This document shows, piece by piece, positions 59,301 to 64,000 of a stretch of 64,000 bases of DNA. A program made the position numbers and the translations under genes. Origin of the DNA: Prevotella sp. (GTDB taxonomy: Bacteria; Bacteroidota; Bacteroidia; Bacteroidales; Bacteroidaceae); contig JAXEKN010000055.1 of NCBI GenBank assembly GCA_034101015.1, positions 37,243-101,242 on the forward strand, read 5' to 3'. How positions within the stretch are numbered: the first letter of the stretch is position 1; every line of letters starts with the position of its first letter. The notes under the pieces are model-generated. The model was not told the origin of the DNA and did not search any database. It saw only the letters and a list, made by a program, of their open reading frames with translations.

Positions 59301-59878
59301 TCAGCCATCTCTAAGTCCTCGGTGTCGGCGATGAAGCAACGGTTGTAGCCATATCCTCCGGCACGGGTGGAGAAGGTCACCATATATCCACGCTTGAGTT
59401 TGAAGCTGCGTATCTTGTTGTTTAGTTTGGCATCGGTGAGGGTGTTCATGAATCCTCCCGCGCTCTCCAGTCCGAAGTCGTTGACAGCCTCGCCGGTGAA
59501 GTTTTGTCCGCTATAAACGGTCAGGGGTTTGATGTCGCTGCCATACGGCATAAGGATAGAGCCGCGGTTGTGGATCTTCACTTGGCAGGTCTGGTTGTTT
59601 ACCGCCTTCTCGCCGTTGACGGTGATGAAGGAGAGATAGTTTAGAAGCTTCGACGGTTTGACATTGTCGAATATTATCACAGAATGCTCCGTGCCCGTTA
59701 TGTCAATGCTGCCAGTGGTGGCAAAAGGCACAGAAGCGGTGACGTGGTAGTCCACGTCGCCGCTAACCGTAACTGCTGTCGTCACCTGGTCGATGGTCTC
59801 GACGGTGTTGGTTGCTATTGCCGGAGACAAGGCTGCCATGCAGGATAAAGACAGTATGTATTTACTTATATTCTTCAT
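56330..59878 (-). CDS. GH128-like (Glyco_hydro_cc, clan GH-A) glycoside hydrolase with FN3/CBM-like modules and T9SS-type tail
   Basis: NNEP (acid/base), RLCSPS, DVHSY, RPLWISEW (nucleophile), VERYAFW; start set at MKNISKY, 59878. Confidence 0.75.
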   Translation of the reverse strand: MKNISKYILSLSCMAALSPAIATNTVETIDQVTTAVTVSGDVDYHVTASVPFATTGSIDITGTEHSVIIFDNVKPSKLLNYLSFITVNGEKAVNNQTCQVKIHNRGSILMPYGSDIKPLTVYSGQNFTGEAVNDFGLESAGGFMNTLTDAKLNNKIRSFKLKRGYMVTFSTRAGGYGYNRCFIADTEDLEMAEMPAILDRSITSYRVFKWNDTGKKGLANDTRSQTNNALNTTWCYAFGLGEDTGIDRECVAHHIYEGWPALADCGRNNYTTSAPTMKTNNEPGNSADDHPQSVATVLAEWERHMATGMRLCSPSSHDGSLSWLKEFMDSVDARGWRCDVVDVHSYWPEGSFYNLTSWYNQYRRPLWISEWCWGASWNHNGVFNSSLSDTEAARQNADRVKELSELMDGYDFVERYAFWNSEADRSKVYLNGALTAAGEYYAALESAVGYNKKYDYVPKIPKSKGAPSALACKFDGSTGVSVLTWHEPNGEYNKSMTLERRKKGMAWQSIMEIDLQEDGADYTAVDNESFDGAEYRVHVIYADNKDYYTAKTATAVPGKVNPGDAMTVGETTMYIGGNLLANGNFDFDMAGWTNGEGTALCAPHFKVFRNRGYDGGTYLQAFSNEAMDKAGSVKTSLEVSPYTNYYLSASTFFDGISYNRLYMSRDGVASDSTAVSIPNNTVWTKFGSVFNSGTYDKAFLSFRNLGSKAQFDQMGVYPLFATQEEAIADGIKAETRRAEMFMAHNTSLAHLNTNIRQIMEGADSYAEYLTLLSSSIDEAIEELYAFISHDPLTEQVDGLTELPFILHPSFDTQTSDWKKCGTYTEGTQGVAEVAGRKCWKAIWNDVEASAGKDLSMGIAQELTKNSSSDYLSHGLYALQCKAATDHYCLSDQHAYIVHNGDSIVSSLLSTDRVDIPTFTSEEKWQTLVTPVIYVDERETLTIGFTASKDGASDYAWKPYAEIDGKGDLREGWWCATDFTLLYKPEYHFKANASGWSTICLPYKATPSEGVTFYQIAGILPDMSAICLEEIAECEAGVPCVVYSDHKDVVIYESGEKTTKRTAGPNGLNGLFVTSSVLPQNSIALVNGRWVIQDSSDRNERVQMSNFSAYIKKMDDIQMVENWSGVTLPLCTLTNIGTSVIDEDDDAKYYSVSGIRTSDSHSSGVVIKKTKGKTRKIVKSNNR

Positions 59879-59883
59879 AAGCG

Positions 59884-61668
59884 TTAGTATTGAATACCTA
59901 TTTTTCCGTTCCAAGATATAAACCAGTTATTGCTGTCGAGCAGGTCGCACTTGATCTCCGACCGTGTCTCCGCTTCTTTGTCAGCACCCTTTCGGGCATA
60001 GATGCGGTCGGCGAGATAGTGCGGGTCGCTGCGTCGCAATGCCACGCGTAGGAGGTCGTAATAGCGTGTACCCTCAAATGCGAGTTCAAGCGCACATTCA
60101 TCGACAATCATGTCCTCCACCTTCTCCATCTGATAGGCAGTCAGAGCCTGGCCGGATAGTTCCGGGTCGTCGGGCATCAGATAGTACTTGTTGCACTGGC
60201 TGTAGCCAGAGCCCCGCGAGTGGATGCCAATGGTGTTGTAGTTGACGAGGTCGTTGGTGACATCCTCAACGAGGTAGCCCTGTGTACCGCTGCTCGGGAA
60301 GCTGAACGACTTGACAAAAGCCGAGTCGGATGGAGTCTGGCAATAAGGCAGCACATCACGCTCAACGACCTTGTCGTTGACACCTTCCGACAGTATCTCG
60401 TAGGCAAAGTGAGGATAACCGGCACGGTTGAGTGCCTCGGCGAGACGCAGATAGACTGTGCCTCGGCGATAGAGGTGGATGTTGCGGGTCCTGAACTTCG
60501 AAATGGACTGGTCGGTGACGGTGTTGCCGTTATAGACTGTCTCTCGTGAACTCCAGCAAAGTGGCAGTCGCAAGTCGCCCGCACGTCCTAAACTGAGGTT
60601 GGTAGGTGCATAGATGGTGTCCTTGCCATCGTTCATCACCTGGCAATATATCTGAGAGCGCGAGATGTCCTTAAGTGACTGTGAAGGCACAAGGCTCACC
60701 TGATAGTTGTTTTCATCGTTGCTGTTGTAGATATTGCGCAGTTGGCTGTAGTTACCGTCAGAGGGGATTGAGTCACCGGCAATCATGAAGATATTCTCAC
60801 GGCCGGATTCAAAACTCTCTCTGGAGAAATTGCCTGTCCAACTATCATACGCATAAATCCAACTGGTTCCTTCCCATGTACATCTGCGAGTGAGTGTAGG
60901 GAAGATGGAGTTGCTGCCGTTGGCAGTGGTGATATACTTGTAATATGCCTGTGCGGCCTCCTTGTAATTGCCAGCCCATAGGTTCAGTTCGCCCATCAGG
61001 AGATAGATGGGGAAATAAAGCAGTTTGGAGTCCGTGATACCGATGTTGCCGTAGTCAGGTGTCTCCACGTCAGCGAGAGGAGCTATGTCGGCAACGAGAG
61101 TATTGCACAGGTCGGTGATGTCCTTCACCTCATATTGTGCTTCCGACTGCTCCTTGGTGGTGATAGGCTCGGTGACATACGGCACCCTGCCATAGTTGAT
61201 GGCAAGTTGCAGATAGGTCCATGCGCGGAATGCCTTGGCGGCTGCATACTCCTTGATGAAGATCTGCTTGTTGCTGCTGTTTCTTATCGTGGTGTCTGCC
61301 TTGGCAATAAACAGGTTGCAATTGTTGATTACTGCATAATAGTCCTTGGGACTGTTATACTTGTTGTTGTCGCTGATATTAAACAGCGACAGCTCTCTCA
61401 GGTCGGAGTTGGCGGCATTGGTCACATCGACCAAATCGCCCCTAACCTCTCCAAGCAGTATGGTGCGGTCGCCGAGGGCCTGCATCTTCTGCATTATTCC
61501 GGCAATGGAGAAGAGGGTGTCCGAGGCCTGACCCAAACCATGGTCATCGGTGAAGATGACATGGTCGGAGTCCTGGTCGAAGAAATCGCCACACGATGAG
61601 AACATCACTGATGATGCGGCAAGTATGACACCGCTGAATATATATTTTGCTTTCATATAATTCTTCAT
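59884..61668 (-). CDS. SusD/RagB family lipoprotein
   Basis: Lipobox FSSC; YYAVINNCN; EYAAAKAFRAWTYLQL..NYG.VP; YLRLAEALNR; ALELAFEG.RYYDLLR. Confidence 0.92.
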   Translation of the reverse strand: MKNYMKAKYIFSGVILAASSVMFSSCGDFFDQDSDHVIFTDDHGLGQASDTLFSIAGIMQKMQALGDRTILLGEVRGDLVDVTNAANSDLRELSLFNISDNNKYNSPKDYYAVINNCNLFIAKADTTIRNSSNKQIFIKEYAAAKAFRAWTYLQLAINYGRVPYVTEPITTKEQSEAQYEVKDITDLCNTLVADIAPLADVETPDYGNIGITDSKLLYFPIYLLMGELNLWAGNYKEAAQAYYKYITTANGSNSIFPTLTRRCTWEGTSWIYAYDSWTGNFSRESFESGRENIFMIAGDSIPSDGNYSQLRNIYNSNDENNYQVSLVPSQSLKDISRSQIYCQVMNDGKDTIYAPTNLSLGRAGDLRLPLCWSSRETVYNGNTVTDQSISKFRTRNIHLYRRGTVYLRLAEALNRAGYPHFAYEILSEGVNDKVVERDVLPYCQTPSDSAFVKSFSFPSSGTQGYLVEDVTNDLVNYNTIGIHSRGSGYSQCNKYYLMPDDPELSGQALTAYQMEKVEDMIVDECALELAFEGTRYYDLLRVALRRSDPHYLADRIYARKGADKEAETRSEIKCDLLDSNNWFISWNGKIGIQY

Positions 61669-61677
61669 GGTTTTGTT

Positions 61678-64000
61678 TTACAAATTGATTTTCACACCGG
61701 CTGTGAACGAGCGGCTCTGCGGGAGTTGTCCGAGGTCGATGCCCTGGCCGATGACAGATGTGGTGGTAGAGAACTCAGGGTCGCTGCCAAGATACTTGCT
61801 GAGGGTGAAGAGGTTGTTGGCCTGCACCCAGAACTCAAGGCCCTGGAGGAATGTGGAGTTCATAGGCAACTTATAGCTCAGGGTGACGGTCTTAAGGCGC
61901 AGATAACTGCCGTCCTCAATCCAACGGTCGCTGAAGCGGGAGTTGCCCATCGGGTCCTGGAAGGTCAGCTTGGGCACAGAGGTCACTTGTCCCTCTGTCT
62001 GCCAGCGTGAGAGGAGGTTGGTGGTCTGGTTCATGAACCTGCTTCCACCTTCAAGCTGTGAGCGCATATAGTTATACACATCGTTGCCAAGACTGTAATT
62101 GAAGCAGATGTCGAGCTTGAAGTTCTTGTATGACAATGCGGTTGAGATATTACCGTAGATGTCGGGATTGGGGTCGCCGATGGCCACGCGGTCCTTCTCG
62201 TTGATCTCGTGGTTGTCGTCGGTATCGACGAAGATCATGTCGCCGGCACCGAAATAATGCTTTGTCACGCCGTTGTCGTCGAGGATGTATAGTCCAGCAG
62301 CTTCAGCCTGTTCGCTGGTCGAGAACACGCCTGCTGTCTTATAGCCATAGAACAAATTGACGGGCTGACCTATCTCCGAGCGAATGGTGGCGCCATACAA
62401 CTCTGTGTCCATGTATGTCTTGTTGTCGGGCAGTTCGGTTAGCTTGTTCTTGTAGTGGCCGATGCTACCGCCCACTTCCCACTGCCAGTCCTTGGTGGAG
62501 ATGACCTTCACGTTGGCAGCGACGTCAAAACCGACATTCTCCAACTTACCGCCGTTGGACCAGTTGGAATCCAGGCCGGAGAGGAAGTTGAGGCTCTGCA
62601 TGGTCAGCAGGTCGCTTGTCCAGCTCTTATAGGCATTGAGCGAGAGGTTGACACGGTTGGCGAAGAGAGAGGCGTCGATGCCGATATTGGCACGCCGGGT
62701 GGTCTCCCACTTGATCTTGGTATTGCCGATGCCGTCGATGGTGAGGCTACCGAGAGCGTGGAGGAAGAGCTTGGAGCGCAGGTAGCTGCGGGCGGCATAG
62801 TAGTCGATGTCGTCATTGCCGCTCACGTCATATCCGGCAGTGAGCCGCAGGTAGTTGACAATATTTGACTTGGCCATCCAAGGCTCATTGGAGATGACCC
62901 ATGATGCCTGTAATGACGGGAACACGCCCCATGACGCGCCAAAGAGATCCAGTCCGTCGGCATCCTCGCCAAATCGTGAAGAGCCTTCAGCCGTAAGGTT
63001 GGCCTGGAGGAAGTATCGTCCCATATAGTCGTAGTTGCCCTGCAGATACCAGGCTATCGACTTCCAGTTGTCGCTTGTTCCGAATGAGTTGGCGTTCATA
63101 AGGCTGGAACTCATGAACGGAGTCTTGTCGCTACCGGTGTTATATCCCAACTGGTTGTTGAGCGAATAAGTGTCCCAGTGTACCCTTGCACCGCCAAACA
63201 CCTCAATGCTGTGGGCGTCATAGCGGTTGTGCCAGTCGATACGAGTGTCGCTCATCACCGAGTTTTGCTTGGAGAAGAGAGAGCGCACCTCATTGGTACG
63301 GTAGCCATTGACGGCTGTGACATAATACGAAGGCACACCGTTGATAGGTATGTAGTACTTCTCATTGGTATTGACCAAGGTATAGCTGAAATGCTCGCTA
63401 ATCGAGAGGTTGGGGGTGATATTGTACTTAGGCATCACTGAGATATTCAGGAGAGAGTTCTCGAAGCGGTTCTTGTTCTCTGCCTCTGCATACTCGTTGA
63501 GAGCCACGGGATTGGCAAGACGCCAGTTGTAGTTCTTATAGTCTGCGAGTGCCTCGTCGAGATAGCTTTCCTGAGTTATGTCGAGATGTGTCTTGGAAAA
63601 CTCACCACGTCCGTATGCGTATGGACTCAGGAAGGGCGACTTGACATAAGCGAGGAAAGAGGGAGCGGTGGCTGTGCCCTCGTCATATCCAGAGGGAGCA
63701 CCGTCGTCACGGATGTCGCGGGTGAGGTTGGAGAACGAGGCATCGAAGCGCACTGAGAAGTTCTTCAACAGGTTGATGTCGGTGTTGAAGCGGATGTTCA
63801 GACGGCTCATGTCGTTATATTCCAAAGTACTCTTGGCATTGGTGTAGCCCACCGAAAGGTTATATGTAGCCACGTTGTCACCACCCTCGACATTGATGCC
63901 GTAGTTTTGGGTCATGGCAGTGCGGTAGATCATATCCTTCCAGTCGGTGTTGTTATGATACTGCTTGTAGTAGTAATAGTTGGGGTCCGCATTGAGAAAC
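61678..64000 (-). CDS. SusC/RagA TonB-dependent receptor, 3' part (continues past the right edge)
   Basis: The frame stays open from 64000 (FLNADPNYYYYKQYHNNTDWKDMI...); KWETT, IEDGSYLRLKTVTLSY, LPQSRSFTAGVKINL. Confidence 0.93.
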   Translation of the reverse strand, partial: FLNADPNYYYYKQYHNNTDWKDMIYRTAMTQNYGINVEGGDNVATYNLSVGYTNAKSTLEYNDMSRLNIRFNTDINLLKNFSVRFDASFSNLTRDIRDDGAPSGYDEGTATAPSFLAYVKSPFLSPYAYGRGEFSKTHLDITQESYLDEALADYKNYNWRLANPVALNEYAEAENKNRFENSLLNISVMPKYNITPNLSISEHFSYTLVNTNEKYYIPINGVPSYYVTAVNGYRTNEVRSLFSKQNSVMSDTRIDWHNRYDAHSIEVFGGARVHWDTYSLNNQLGYNTGSDKTPFMSSSLMNANSFGTSDNWKSIAWYLQGNYDYMGRYFLQANLTAEGSSRFGEDADGLDLFGASWGVFPSLQASWVISNEPWMAKSNIVNYLRLTAGYDVSGNDDIDYYAARSYLRSKLFLHALGSLTIDGIGNTKIKWETTRRANIGIDASLFANRVNLSLNAYKSWTSDLLTMQSLNFLSGLDSNWSNGGKLENVGFDVAANVKVISTKDWQWEVGGSIGHYKNKLTELPDNKTYMDTELYGATIRSEIGQPVNLFYGYKTAGVFSTSEQAEAAGLYILDDNGVTKHYFGAGDMIFVDTDDNHEINEKDRVAIGDPNPDIYGNISTALSYKNFKLDICFNYSLGNDVYNYMRSQLEGGSRFMNQTTNLLSRWQTEGQVTSVPKLTFQDPMGNSRFSDRWIEDGSYLRLKTVTLSYKLPMNSTFLQGLEFWVQANNLFTLSKYLGSDPEFSTTTSVIGQGIDLGQLPQSRSFTAGVKINL

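Noticed and set aside
61678-63933. ORF-track start at 63933 for a 751-aa protein
   Set aside because: The frame is open to the window edge. This is the 3' part of a longer SusC, not a truncated receptor.

Overview
A 64-kb chromosomal segment from a Bacteroidota member, most likely Prevotellaceae. Support: TAnnTTTG -7 promoter boxes before most genes, SusC/SusD pairs, T9SS-type C-terminal tails, and A/T-rich start contexts without Shine-Dalgarno sites. Left to right: (1) the 5' part of a BspA/LRR_5 surface protein, running off the left edge and absent from the ORF track; (2) a decayed repeat-rich islet with an AAA-PD(D/E)XK pseudogene, an MNT remnant and an intact AAA_14-DUF4143 ATPase whose leader holds three 17-bp direct repeats; (3) housekeeping genes yaaA, recO, tRNA-Glu, rpsT, gyrB; (4) a GH95 / AraC / ECF-sigma-GH115 in-frame fusion / BASS-transporter module; (5) greA, HIT, mannose-1-P guanylyltransferase, tRNA-Leu and an M15 peptidase; (6) three Ig-repeat T9SS cargo genes divergent from a TlpA / Cys-tailed beta-barrel / Omp28 thiol-redox cluster; (7) a PAP2 gene and a candidate TAGGT-rich sRNA; (8) a compact GH130 PUL with an unclassified lipoprotein, next to a hybrid two-component regulator that has lost all its phosphotransfer motifs; (9) a porin and an intact AAA-PD(D/E)XK gene; (10) the 3' part of a galactan-type PUL (SusC, SusD, GH128-like, HExxH protein, GH43_24, GH35). 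I saw no CRISPR array, integrase, transposase, reverse transcriptase or rRNA. The most striking candidate is the sigma-factor/GH115 fusion. All family assignments come from motif recognition by eye; no database searches were run.
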